A stretch of 61,975 nucleotides of DNA, the filler included, from Aduncisulcus paluster (Eukaryota): NCBI GenBank assembly GCA_024181965.1. It is 5 parts of 5 records of this genome, joined end to end, with 100 filler letters (N's around TTAATTAATTAA, not from the genome) between each part and the next. Parts side by side here need not be neighbours in the genome. Positions count along the whole stretch, not along the records: positions 24,689 to 36,605 come from BQXS01010817.1; positions 36,706 to 46,977 come from BQXS01010818.1; 3 more parts are not named here. One strand, written 5' to 3'. Position numbers and translations under genes: made by a program. How positions within the stretch are numbered: the first letter of the stretch is position 1; each line of letters starts with the position of its first letter. This document shows, piece after piece, positions 30,601 through 40,278 of this stretch. The notes below the pieces were generated by a model. It had not been told where the DNA came from, made no database searches, and was given only the letters and a program-made list of their open reading frames with translations.

Positions 30601-33164
30601 ATGAATATACATGTTCCTCTTGGATTTTCAAACATTACGATATTGACAATGTATATTTAGATCTTTCGAATATATTCCTCTTGCTTGAGAATAACGATAA
30701 TAATTCTGATTCTGATTCCGCTTATTCCGATTTTTATCCTATTTTAAGAACTTGTGAGGATGATAGTGAGATTGAATTTGCTTATATGCAACCATCTGTC
30801 GCATTCCATATCGAGCGTATAAATAATGATTCGGGTGTTCCTTATCAGTTTGGTCTATATTTAAATACTGAGAAACTATCAATGATGTTATATTCCTCAT
30901 CAACTAACGGAGACACTCCCTTTTATATCCCTTGTTTGCTATTAATAGATTCTGATTCTGATTCTGATTCTGATTCTGATTCTGATTCTGCTGATGAGGA
31001 TCTAACGGCTTCGATAAGTCTATTTTTATATTCAGATTCTGGTAATATGTTTGGAATTGAGAAATCGATCACTTTTAACCAATCTTCAACAACAATTACC
31101 AAGATAAAAATGCCAGCTTCTTCATCCACTTCCTCCATGACCAGTGTGGCACCGAAAACATACCCAAATATGTCAATAGGATCTATTTTTGAATATATTT
31201 ATGTTATAATGCCGACTGTATTCTTTGATTTGAGGAAAAATGAACAAATTAGAGATCTCAATACCTTTTCGTATGCGTTACATAATGTTTCCGCAGTTTT
31301 AAATGAATTGTATTCCAAGGCTTTAGATTTCCATAACTTATTCGAAATATACACCGATCCTGATTCTGATTCCGATGTTTTAATTTTATCCGCTCAAACC
31401 GCCCCATTCTCACCAGTTTCAAATGAGGAAGAAATTGATGTTTTTCTGCATTCAACCATGATGTTTGTTTACAATCATATTTTGAGTTTTTCTCATTATC
31501 TTTGTTCTCTACTCGATTTTGAACATTTACATGAAGTTTTATTGCATATTTGGAGTATTTCTGAGGCTATGCTCAGGAAAATCGATGAATTAGAATCAGA
31601 ATGGCACCCCAATTTCACTTCTGATCTTGAAAATGAGAATATTATTCGATGGTTGGATATTTTTGAGTCTCTAATTCCTTATCCGTTCCCATTTCCCAAT
31701 GAAAAATCCCCACATGAGGAACAGATTTTTAGTATAAGACAATTATTGATTACAAACCTTGAATTTGAAATTGAACATCGACATTTGCACGAAAATATCA
31801 TTGGGAACAAAATTATTTCGACTTCTGAAATTTTAATGAAATCCAAATACTCATTTTCAAGCTTAGTTGGAGAATCTTCGGAGATTTCTTCATCGTTAAC
31901 AACAAATGATCTAAATTTAGAAATTGAGAATGATCAAAAGAATATCGGCACTATTCAATTGTTTTCGGAGATTTCTGATTCATCAGAAAATGCCGATCGT
32001 GATGTTACAGATTCTTCTTTCCCATTTATTTTGCAAGAATCAATCCTCAATTTAATAATTGGAGCCTTATCTCGCGTGGATTATTTGCCTCCGAATTTTA
32101 GTGAGAAACTAAACTATAAATATACATTTGGTAGCTTATTCGATCTCTTTGCATCTCCTCTTGTCCTATCAAATCGAGTATATAATGATGACACTGATTC
32201 TGAATATTCATCGGAACAATCTATTTTTGTTGGATCAAGTTGTGTCGGAGTAAGTTCAAATGTTGATGACGCATGTCCCTTATACAATGTATTTACTGAT
32301 AAGTTCTTTATGTTTATTTCCTATGGTTCATTGAATGAGCTCTCTCCGTTTATTAGTTCCAATATTAACGATTCCGATTCCGATTCTATTTTTATCTCAA
32401 ATGATATTCCTTCATTCCCTTGGGCTTATGTCGATTTGATGAGTTTAACGGGTTCTGACATCGATTCTGAGGATGATCAAGATAGAATTTCCTGTGCATC
32501 ACAATGTATAACCATTTATTTTATGCTTGATTTTAGCAAATTGAGTTCTGCTGAAATTGAAAGTTTTGATATGAAATCATTTATTGATTCCCATACTTTC
32601 TCACCAGTTCTATTATTAGAAACAACATCACAATCTGATTATTCATCCGCATCGTCATATTTATCTGATCCTGAATCAATTGAACTTGAACTTGATTTTT
32701 CCCTTGATGATCAATCTTTCTCACTGTTCCAAATCGATTTGTCCAATTTTAGAATCTCAAATTTAACTTCGAATTCGGATTCGGGTTCTTCTTTGGAGAT
32801 TTCATCAAATATTGTTGATATTTTAATTGATAGTAATTCCAAGTTGAGTGATTCTATTTTTGAAATCCAAAACACATCTGAGGATGGAAATTATCTCCCG
32901 TATTGTTGGGCATTATCGGTGTCAAAACCAGGATTATATTCTATATTTATCACTGAGAAAGAGGAATCAAAAAGAAATTTAATTATAATTTGGACGACTT
33001 CCATCTCTGCTGGAGTGATATTTTTAGGCATTTTGCTGTTCTTCCTCATCCGCAAATATTGTATATTTAGTTCTAAATTTAGTCTTCCCATTGATGTAAA
33101 TCCTGATGGTATTGTACAGTATAGGTCAACAAGTCTTCCAAAGAAGGAAAATTCATCGGGTTAA
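24690..33164 (+). CDS. Giant single-pass surface protein with EGF/tenascin-type repeats, 5'-truncated (>2800 aa)
   Basis: Multiple EGF motifs (CSNHGTC...CICDDGYVGEQC; CNGHGFC...CICNEGYSGTDC). C-terminal TM IIIWTTSISAGVIFLGILLFFLI followed by RK and a short tail. Confidence 0.85.
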   Translation, partial: HCISVLGSNGQIYMLIFASFTGKIVIVSRFNVVDDSNSLNFTDLYNVHFGIGNDSLGELLGSNVINETSTTLDYPVIIEFSPTVNEDAATLEAIDIVNHCSHGIYDIDEGKCICDTCYTGRTCHFPTCLRSFSSNNSFYSSSLNLDSNTYESEIIDFDNLTLSDFFSLNDDTINSNNQLIEKCGDGSGWECVKFGNQTVSVCSYPFFYFGISSNNIISLETHPICSIFIHKFRQSTIIGGNITGPVFVSAESKLILVGSIFSYAVARGNSYDISFVSIDQNIFDLDSAIGDSLAILHQNRTFLSVVMPIESYSISINSTDISLTDINSVNYTNDPCFRATTCIGCDFTYSSIPSGRSLTVGSTISLISSIMVGGDFVHYVTIIKESQDLGDIILNPGDICFGSNSFSNAPTTSTTSVNFLKRIRSIFGNEDISADNRELIVTMNALISDGYETALEAQTESADNQYFSAGNGGAAIGTIFYMNLYDSTNVTDSSNYDISNLLLSVQLKLYYYGVIEIVYSSDSTLSDSTDVIFDVSSSIQYSTNVPSLNEAYSVLFDPSHISSSSDTFSLSKYIEMNELHCIHGTLNVSQDSVTCECDDRWRGEFCNTCSLAYFGDEENGCTRPNCRGRCKNNDGRCIVISDDATICGCNELFSIDSSTAIIPYKTQTVTETIQSSVDPSFLMTHQALMAMCEVNIHSDAFWISSGVSIWGSMSIPSGATLGIEGEMFDFGQGSHFYTSEILSYSEQLSFSSTNSEITWVKIMSNLDSDSTSTSNIMFGVKSSASSSSLSNDSLQSAAKGIFFEHSACAVANTSNYYTVAPTIDQVFHSCERGFTSVFIPDESLKDSEGNSRQLYNNIDSVFEVVTEFLPEDCQSDNSNCYFEWFVWKWLLFGDTVSKLKIYKGTIEFYDYENDYLGNLVPINPDIPSHFKLFIDDSPSYPSDCSCCDHRLIIQTSVSTLLFSVIAQISFYRDGKLTVDYQFDSSLDFASAILLELSVFGKSVPPPPWPEIEYVTDYSSKLGCGDFSSSSTDSSSCPLVEFTIALVPSPNDIIFDIGSEVCDPPCINGLCQGSICECSVRTTGDQCDQCVGGWITVNEDSPCSYPSCLFLDECSNHGTCSGSLVTGEQKCICDDGYVGEQCEITTPDVGCGSNGCSNGGLCFSGVCYCPEGFSGDYCTALECIGGCSEDIGGGECDTLRGLCDCNDYFSGDNCEYYTLDDDVCLYGVYDSKTLICDCETLYSGSHCQCATNSSGELCNGHGFCAKFGCICNEGYSGTDCNIERYPEVQSVEISYSKGNIILTFENEIKIVGLDSENIVFFSVDNIIQSDYYGFCNYESTNDGGLKGFNYLSRASLMSDKILTISLGGWSIVAPGFSFTLSDNIVDKYTQAPIPEPLTITISSESLPPFSPPVIPSSMIPTIIPIQRDLLIRTGALEYQGFGRPEMQWTLVIDVSNENSYTIQLEELLSNHSSSLSSSSSSDSATFCAPPYSSFVVIPAELLTNLSNNGLDELCIKLRMKNFFSVSWSEHVFVISLVDLSDSSSTITGGLRGGVEQLILEANPTSIPISYPVRVPVTMDIRGSSPIFPYKGYEVGFFEESDRYRYEWECYNVDTGDYITSEFIQLHFDPYFGEEGSYECFIRVFKGSDSIEACYETSTSLVLTYPPLMLSITDNVWNRTVVAGEKVEVTAILRNSEIGTSYASSFFTKQNTSASWYCYRKEDSEEGNGENVILVQDGWTLKFILPDYVPEQYYLVCSCIAWMEDKSLGSTIDVHFTILPSDIRTIDDYNKEQEAVNESLKVSILNDNDTIDGYRFEYFSKIEHYSSLANLNIAWSLPTFEEAAQSFSYSNFGVLSTSEEEEESESEEILSSLLQNPRIENVSWLSAQNHGILKLSQLQNTSADNFVFQLTISDSGNPNSDTDSKTDSEINIEFMTNILRNDIIPPQYMFFLPTKLINEGFYITSDLIEYSQYEYTCSSWIFKHYDIDNVYLDLSNIFLLLENNDNNSDSDSAYSDFYPILRTCEDDSEIEFAYMQPSVAFHIERINNDSGVPYQFGLYLNTEKLSMMLYSSSTNGDTPFYIPCLLLIDSDSDSDSDSDSDSADEDLTASISLFLYSDSGNMFGIEKSITFNQSSTTITKIKMPASSSTSSMTSVAPKTYPNMSIGSIFEYIYVIMPTVFFDLRKNEQIRDLNTFSYALHNVSAVLNELYSKALDFHNLFEIYTDPDSDSDVLILSAQTAPFSPVSNEEEIDVFLHSTMMFVYNHILSFSHYLCSLLDFEHLHEVLLHIWSISEAMLRKIDELESEWHPNFTSDLENENIIRWLDIFESLIPYPFPFPNEKSPHEEQIFSIRQLLITNLEFEIEHRHLHENIIGNKIISTSEILMKSKYSFSSLVGESSEISSSLTTNDLNLEIENDQKNIGTIQLFSEISDSSENADRDVTDSSFPFILQESILNLIIGALSRVDYLPPNFSEKLNYKYTFGSLFDLFASPLVLSNRVYNDDTDSEYSSEQSIFVGSSCVGVSSNVDDACPLYNVFTDKFFMFISYGSLNELSPFISSNINDSDSDSIFISNDIPSFPWAYVDLMSLTGSDIDSEDDQDRISCASQCITIYFMLDFSKLSSAEIESFDMKSFIDSHTFSPVLLLETTSQSDYSSASSYLSDPESIELELDFSLDDQSFSLFQIDLSNFRISNLTSNSDSGSSLEISSNIVDILIDSNSKLSDSIFEIQNTSEDGNYLPYCWALSVSKPGLYSIFITEKEESKRNLIIIWTTSISAGVIFLGILLFFLIRKYCIFSSKFSLPIDVNPDGIVQYRSTSLPKKENSSG
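30948..30989 (+). repeat. (GATTCT)7 microsatellite encoding (Asp-Ser)7
   Basis: Direct reading. Confidence 0.9.
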
Positions 33165-33298
33165 AAAAGATCAAGACATGCCTGAAATTTGACAAATTGA
33201 TATTCTTAATGTTTCTCTCAATAAAATAATTTTGCTAACACTTTTTTTCACGGTATCTCCACAATGTTAATCGTCGATAGTATCGACGAACCCCAGTA

Positions 33299-33460
33299 TT
33301 AAACGATATCAACACTCTTAATCCAATCATCTTCAAGCTTCACCGATTTCAAACCAGACGGAGAACTAGATAATAAAGACAAAGATCCTTTTGTATCTCC
33401 TTCGATTATATTACCAACACCTTTATCCTTTATCTTGGCAAGCTGAGCCTTCACAATATC
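33299..33460 (-). pseudogene. Orphan C-terminal tail of the expanded kinase family
   Basis: Translates DIVKAQLAKIKDKGVGNIIEG...KSVKLEDDWIKSVDIV*. Compare DIVKVQLAKHKGDSGCIVE...TVVLKPNWDDS in the 56911 kinase. Confidence 0.6.
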
Positions 33461-33930
33461 GCACTGATTTCTTAAATGTGTATTTGAATGGACCTGAGTT
33501 GGATAAGAATGACATTATGAACTACAATTCAATAGTTACCAATGATTGGAACTCCTTGGATTTGGAAGTCAAGCTCTATAGATATAATGTGATAATCGTC
33601 ACTCTTTCTCTCATTGGAAGGGGACATGAGATCCGAATAAAATTCAACTATCCAAGGCATATTTGAGTTGATTTAATGACATTAGTCAGTGGAGGAAACA
33701 TTCAGTGAAGCTTGTTAAGCATGATGTAATAAAATAACATAGCCTGAAAGAATATTAATGATATTATGGATTTTAGAAATAAGAAATATACAATCAATCA
33801 CTGTATCATGTACTACAGTGCAACCATCGTACAATGGGAACTCCACGAATGGAAGTATATGAGAGGAGCGGATTTTATATTTTCATAGACATACATTTAT
33901 ATTGGTATTCATTACATACTCTTGCATTCC

Positions 33931-36605
33931 TTACGTACTCTTATCCCAATCTTTCTTTAAATCAACACCCTTAAGATCATCTCCAATGGTGCCAATTGAA
34001 CCGCCATAAATCTTTCGTTGTTGTGCAATAATATCGTCAATGGATGGACATTTCCACCCTTCTCCAATCTTTGGAAGAAGAGGTTTGATGGATTGAACTT
34101 TATCACAGGCTTCATGAACACTCATACGTTCATCAATATCAACCTTTGTCAATCCTTCGAATATTTCATTCAGACAGGAATAAACAGGCTTGAACTTACC
34201 ACTTTCGATGGTCTTGAGGGTTCTGAAAAGACGAGAGTTGGAGAGTTTTGGACCCATATCATTTTTAATCAACTCTTTGAGTTTCTTGACAAATAGAATC
34301 TCCGAGTCAAGTTTTTGTAATACTGGTATTTGAAGGAAAGGATTACATCCCTCGAACATGGTGAGGATTGTCAGACCGAGTGAGTAAGCATCACTCTCTT
34401 GGCTTTGAATTCCTTCGAGAGCTTCGCATGAGTTGTACACAAGGGTTCCACAGATGGAGCGTTTGGGTTTGGATTTGTGTTTATCTTCTGTAATTTCAGA
34501 TTTGGATATATCTACAAAGCTCTTGGAAGTTGTGGAAGAGGAGATGGAGTCGTGGATCTGAGCAAGACCAAGATCAGAGAGGACAATGGTGCAATCGATT
34601 GTCTTGGGTTCAACACGAACAAGGAAGTTGTCAGGTTTGATGTCGCGGTGAGCAAGGCTTCGTTTGGCCTTGAACACCTCAGAAAGACACTCGATCATTC
34701 CAACACACAGTGCACTCACTCTCAGAGGATCAAGAGTCATGGGGTCAATGCGAGTGGAGCTTGAGTCAGAGTCAGAGTCAGAGTCAGAGCCTGAGTATTC
34801 AGAATCCTTGTCTTCTAACACAGTTCTTGAGATGGAATGTACCTTCTTCCCCTCAGCACACCAACTCCTAGCAAAGTCAATAATACTGCCCCCAATACAA
34901 AACTCCATCAGGAAGCCAAACACACCTTTGTAATCCTCATCAAGAAGGTCAAGGATATACAGAGGACGTGGGATACGGTTGAAACATTTGGGATTCGTAA
35001 ACAACTGGAGTTGCACTTTAAACTCTTTACGACAACTTTTCACAACCTCTTCATCGGCAACTTTTAACATCTTCTTCAGTACACATGTGATATGAACGTC
35101 TTTAACCTCCACAAGTTGCACTTCACCAAACCCACCCTTTCCAATCGTGCACAATGGAGTGATGGAAGAGGCAGAAGTTAGCGTCATGGATTCAACTTTT
35201 GGCACATGACGAGAACAAGATGTCGAAGGATCATCGGAGGATGAGGAACCTATCTGGCCATGTGGATGTATTGAAGATCTTTGTACAACAGTATCTGATG
35301 ATACACTCGATTTTGTTTCAGAAACTTTAACATTATTTTGAGTTCCACCTGATTCAGATTTCGAAAAATCTTGTCCAATTGGAGGTTTGATATCACCGAA
35401 CAAACAAAAATCATAGCCCATGATTCGGGAACACTTCCAATAGATTATGATACCTCCAACAATCAATCCAACTGCACCCAGAGTGATAATCCACCATAGT
35501 TTGGAGGTGTATTCCCCATAAAAAATAATATTCTGAGTTGTACAATCATCTCCTTTGTATAGACTACGACACGAACACTCAACATATGATGCTCCAACTT
35601 CAAGCACAGCCATTCGATACGGATCATTCTCACATACAGAACAACGAGATATGTTGGATAATGATGTTGACGATTTTAAACCAATTTCAACAGAATCATC
35701 AGAAAGAGTAGGTTGGGAAGATGAAAACTTAGAAAATGATGAAGAAGAAATGAAAGCACATTCTCCATTTTCATTAGCTGCATATCCAATATCACACGCT
35801 TTCACACATGACCCAGTGGTTTTGTCAAGGTAGTACCCATTCCAGCATTCGACAGCCCAACGATCGGGATACACTTCACGACACACTTGGAAAGAAGAAG
35901 AAGACACGGACGCGGAACAATGGCATGTTTGGTCAGAATATGTCACGGATGACAAGTTCGTGAATTTGGTCTGGAGAGCACTCACAACATTGTCAATGTT
36001 ACAAATAGAATTACCACTGATGTCAAGGGTTGTGAGAGTATCCGCGGGGAATAGATCAGAGGTGATGAGAACTGACACGTCCGAGATGGAGTTATTGGAG
36101 AGATCAAGGGATGTCAGCTTGAATGGTTGTGTGGCAGAGTCTCCATCGGCAATCGGGGTCAGGTCGAGCACATCACTCACAGCACTCAAGTTACATCCAC
36201 TCGCAGATAATGATTTTAGACCAGAATCAATAGTTCCAAATGTCACGGCCTTCGCCAGGATCTGGATAACCAGCTTATCGTACTCGTATGAATCGTTCAC
36301 ATTACTCAAGTCATACCCATCAACAGTCAGAGACGTCAATGAAGTGGCATACTCAAGACCTTGCAGGGTCGTGATGGAATTCACAGAGGATAAAAGCATA
36401 TCGGTTGCAACAGTATTCAACGAAAATGATTCATTATTTTTGATATCCAATGGACATGATAACTTGGAACGCATCGTGGCAACACTGATGATACCAGAGT
36501 CAAGATCACCATTTCCATCGGGCAAACACTCATTAATCAGATACCGTCGAACATTATCATCATGAACAGTGTAACATGTAAGATCACCATTACTCACGGA
36601 ACCAC
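33931..36605 (-). CDS. Receptor-like Ser/Thr kinase: LRR - Cys-rich/EGF - TM - kinase, 5'-truncated
   Basis: LRRs LTSLDLSNNSISDV and LTTLDISGNSICNI. EGF CSCRSLYKGDDC. TM WWIITLGAVGLIVGGIIIYW. Kinase motifs GKGGFG, VLKK, HRDIKPDN, DLG, GTLVYNSCE, SDAYSLG. Confidence 0.9.
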
Positions 36606-36705
36606 NNNNNNNNNNNNNNNNNNNNNNNNNNNNNNNNNNNNNNNNNNNNTTAATTAATTAANNNNNNNNNNNNNNNNNNNNNNNNNNNNNNNNNNNNNNN
36701 NNNNN
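36606..36705. other. Artificial contig linker
   Basis: N44-TTAATTAATTAA-N44. Confidence 0.98.
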
Positions 36706-36706
36706 G

Positions 36707-37780
36707 TCTTCAAAAGATTTGTGTGGGAAACCTACCTTCTTCCCTAATTATGGTGATTCCCGCTCAACTTGGGCGCCTGCAGGTTATACCGGTCAAGAAA
36801 CCCTTGTTATCGTTTATGATAAGCCTGTTCTTCCTTTACGGATGGAAATATATGAAACATATAATCCTGGAGCTCTTATCCGTGTTCAAGGATGTTACAT
36901 TCCTTGTGATGATATCCCAGTTCCTGGAGGATTTGTCGATGAAAATATTGTTTGGGAGATGCTTTGGGAAAATACCGATCGAAAACGGGGTGCTCCTTGT
37001 TCTTTGATAAACAAGCTTACTTTATCCCCATCTGGTCATCCTCTCAATGTTTTCAAATTATCTATTGATTGTTCAGGCTGGTCCGATTGGTATGAAATTG
37101 ATGCCATTAATCTTGTTGGAGATATAGAAATTGAACCTTCTATCTCCCCAATTTCACCCTTTTCACTTCCATATATTATGATGAAAATGCTAAAGGGAGA
37201 GATTCTTCCATATGATGGATTCATTCAATGTACTCTTGGCAAACATGAGACGGGTGAACGAGATGGAATGATTTTTGACGATGTTATTGCCGATATTTAT
37301 TCTCTTAGTACATCTGAAAAGGAAGTCAGCCGACAATCTGCAGATGAGGTAAGTGTATTCAGAATCCCAATCCATTCAGAAATTGTGAAGGGGAGAATGC
37401 CCGCTCTTCTCGACGTTCCTCCTTCATTCCACACCGTTATTAGAGCAATCCTTGAATATATTTATTCTGACACCATTCATGCTTCCTCTTCCGTCTGTGC
37501 TGCGATCATTGCCTTTTTGGATCAACCACTCTTTGCCTCCTGTGTCACCTCAAAACAACTGATATCTGAATGCTCAACAATCCTGGAGAAGAATATGAAT
37601 ATGAGTGCGGCACTCGAACTCCTCACGGAAAAACATATTGGACCTAATCTTTCATTCATTTGTGTGAAATATCTCTGTAAACATAAGAAGAAATTGCTCT
37701 CCTTAGATAATTTGTCTGATATTATGGGTTCATTGTCCCCTGAAATATTAGCTAAATTATTCCAACTTGTTGTCAAATGA
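36707..37780 (+). CDS. FBXL4-type discoidin-like domain + BTB-like domain protein, 5'-truncated
   Basis: GKPTFFPNYGD, VLPLRMEIYETYNPGALIRV, WEMLW and WYEIDAINLVG parallel the FBXL4 N-domain. IPIHSEIVKGR...RAILEYIYSD resembles BTB. Confidence 0.65.
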   Translation, partial: SSKDLCGKPTFFPNYGDSRSTWAPAGYTGQETLVIVYDKPVLPLRMEIYETYNPGALIRVQGCYIPCDDIPVPGGFVDENIVWEMLWENTDRKRGAPCSLINKLTLSPSGHPLNVFKLSIDCSGWSDWYEIDAINLVGDIEIEPSISPISPFSLPYIMMKMLKGEILPYDGFIQCTLGKHETGERDGMIFDDVIADIYSLSTSEKEVSRQSADEVSVFRIPIHSEIVKGRMPALLDVPPSFHTVIRAILEYIYSDTIHASSSVCAAIIAFLDQPLFASCVTSKQLISECSTILEKNMNMSAALELLTEKHIGPNLSFICVKYLCKHKKKLLSLDNLSDIMGSLSPEILAKLFQLVVK

Positions 37781-38396
37781 TATTTTAACACCATAGTTCG
37801 GAAACATAGTGCAGTATAGACAGTATTCCAGAATGATTTTCATCGAATCTTTTAAGTCGCGTCTCGCCAAGGTTATTTTCTTCAATATTATTCCAAAGTA
37901 AATTCTAATTCTATTATTAATCTTTCATTTTACAGAAGACAATACCTTGTAGGTTAGGATTTGGATGTGTAAAAAACGAATTATGGGAATTCTTCCATGT
38001 AATTGCGTATAAATCCTTTCAAACCTCGGCTTTTGTAAGGCAAAGTGATAGATTTATTTTCCACGTTAAATGAAGGGTATTATCAATCTCCTCACCAGGT
38101 GATGTAATTAAAAAACCTTTTTTTCCCTCGATATGTTTTTTTTTTTCATGAATGCAAAACAAGATCGTTCCCATTTCAACTTCCGGATATTGGACAGAGA
38201 TTCTCAAATCTACTCATTATTACTGACTCTAAAGCATAAAAATGTATAAATAATTAAATATTTTAGAAAACTATTTTTCTTGTTTTGTGATTCTTGAGAT
38301 AATGGAAGGATTCAGAAATAGCTCTTGAGAAACAGACACCTCTTGACTTCATTTTGGTGGTTTTGGTTCAAGGGGAGATAGACCAATATATCCATA

Positions 38397-38877
38397 ATGA
38401 GTGTATGATATAACCTCTTTAGATTTTTTCGTTTTTCCTTTCCATTTGATTCAATTTTCTAACTTTTTTTTCTTTTTCATCTGTAGCAAAGTCTGGAGAT
38501 CCTTAACTCTCGTATTGGTATGTAAAAAATCCTTTAATTTTTATGATAGCTTTAATTTAATCAATATTTTTTTAATTATTGAGTTTTATTTCTTGTTCTC
38601 AGCACTTGTCACCAAGTCTGGTAAATACTGTCTTGGTATTAAAGAAACCTTGAAGACCCTCCGTGCTGGACATGGTCTTCTTGTTCTCATTGCCAGTAAC
38701 TGTCCCACTCTTCGTAAGATTGAGATCGAATACATGGCTCATCTTGCTGACACCCCCGTCGAGGTTTACCCCGGTTCCACTCGTGAGTTGGGAACTGCCT
38801 GTGGTAAGTTGTTCAATGCTTGCTGCATGTGCATTACTAATGCCGGTGATGCTGATCTTTCTGATCTTACTCAGTAA
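38397..38877 (+). CDS. RPL30: 60S ribosomal protein eL30; exons 38397-38402, 38487-38517, 38603-38877
   Basis: Spliced product MSQSLEILNSRIALVTKSGKYCLGIKETLKTLR...NCPTLRKIEIEY...ELGTACGK. Confidence 0.93.
38403..38486 (+). other. Intron (84 nt) in RPL30
   Basis: GTATGA...TAG, after ATG AGT. Confidence 0.8.
38518..38602 (+). other. Intron (85 nt) in RPL30
   Basis: GTATGT...CAG. Restores NSRIALVTKSG. Confidence 0.9.
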
Positions 38878-39042
38878 TTCTGAGTTGGTGCAATAAAAAT
38901 CTCATTACTCAATATAACTTATCTGTATTTTGTTCATCGATTCTCAATTATATGACATAATCAGTATTAAATCAAATTTAGACATAGATCAATAAGAGGG
39001 AGGACTGTGCATATGATAAAAAGCACCTATTTATTCATATGA

Positions 39043-39513
39043 TTAAGACATCTTGTTCATGGAAGCAATCTCAACGGATTGAACATCATCATGCTCCTCG
39101 ATAGCCTCAACAATCTCGTCCTGGTTACAGAGGTCGGGCATGAAGATACAAGCGGCAACGATCTTCTTAATACCGTAACCGATGGGCTCAAGTTTGCACT
39201 CACCCCATTTAAGAGACTCAAAGACGACGGTTTCTTTGATGAACTTGATGATCTCATCAAGGTCAGTCTCGGGTTCGTATGGTTTAATCTCGAAGATACC
39301 CATAACTCTTTCACGGGTGTCCTTACCAGCAGCTCTCTTGGCAGCTTCCTTGGCCTCGATCTTGGCCTGTCCCTCCTTAGCACGACGCTCGAATTCAGCT
39401 TCCCATTCCTTGTCATCCTCACCACCTTCTCCGAAAAGGTCTAAATCTTCCTCTTCCTCTTCATCTTCCTCTTCAACGGGTTGCTCAACGTGTTTCTTAT
39501 CCTCGGCAGACAT
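39043..39513 (-). CDS. EEF1B: Elongation factor 1-beta/delta (GEF domain)
   Basis: DLDLFG acidic motif, IKPYEPETDLDE, WGECKLEPIGYGIKK, VQSVEIASMNKM. Likely start is MSAEDKK at 39513. Confidence 0.92.
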   Translation of the reverse strand: MSAEDKKHVEQPVEEEDEEEEEDLDLFGEGGEDDKEWEAEFERRAKEGQAKIEAKEAAKRAAGKDTRERVMGIFEIKPYEPETDLDEIIKFIKETVVFESLKWGECKLEPIGYGIKKIVAACIFMPDLCNQDEIVEAIEEHDDVQSVEIASMNKMS

Positions 39514-39747
39514 CTCAATTATCGGCAAAAGAGGGTATCTATACATAATATTTTTTTACTCAGCATAGAAATAAGATACCAATAAAAAAATCAAATATTA
39601 GAATTTGAAATTCACAATAACAATAAAAAATATGTAATATAATATATAATATTTTGTATTTCATTCACAAATGACATGATCTATTTTCGGGAAAAATGAG
39701 AAGGAAGCAAAACTAATATCCCTTCGATTTTGGCGGATCGTATCGAT

Positions 39748-40134
39748 ATGGATAAAGTAGCTACAGTTGGTATGCGTAACAGCTCTGGTGACGTGGTTGA
39801 CCTTTATATCCCACGTAAATGGTATGCTTTTTTCTATGTTTTTTACATTTTCAATAATCCTTCCTAGATGATGCTTATTCCTTGTGATATTCTTATTTTT
39901 TCGTGCATTTTATTATTTGATTTTATTTTAATTTATAGCTGTGCCACTTCAAGATTGATTGGCCCAAAAGATCACGCTTCTGTTCAGATCCGTGTCGCTA
40001 AGGTTGATGCTGAGGGTAAGATGACTGGGGAGCACGAAACTTTTGCTCTTTCTGGATTCGTTCGTAGCCAAGGAACTGCTGACAGACACTTCACTCGTAT
40101 TTTGCAAGAGAAGCATTTCATCAAGAAGTTCTAA
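39748..40134 (+). CDS. RPS21: 40S ribosomal protein eS21; exons 39748-39821, 39939-40134
   Basis: Spliced product ...MRNSSGDVVDLYIPRKCCATSRLIGPKDHASVQ... Start at 39748 or 39772. Confidence 0.93.
39822..39938 (+). other. Intron (117 nt) in RPS21
   Basis: GTATGC...TAG. Restores PRKC. Confidence 0.9.
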
Positions 40135-40278
40135 TTACAATAAAGCATACATCAGCATATGATATATCAAATGTTATTCAGTTTTCAAATTTTTTAATTT
40201 TTGTTTGATTTCTTTTATTATTTTTTCAACACAAGCTACCTCATTGATTGATGAAGTTGAGCTTCACTTTTGGGCACA

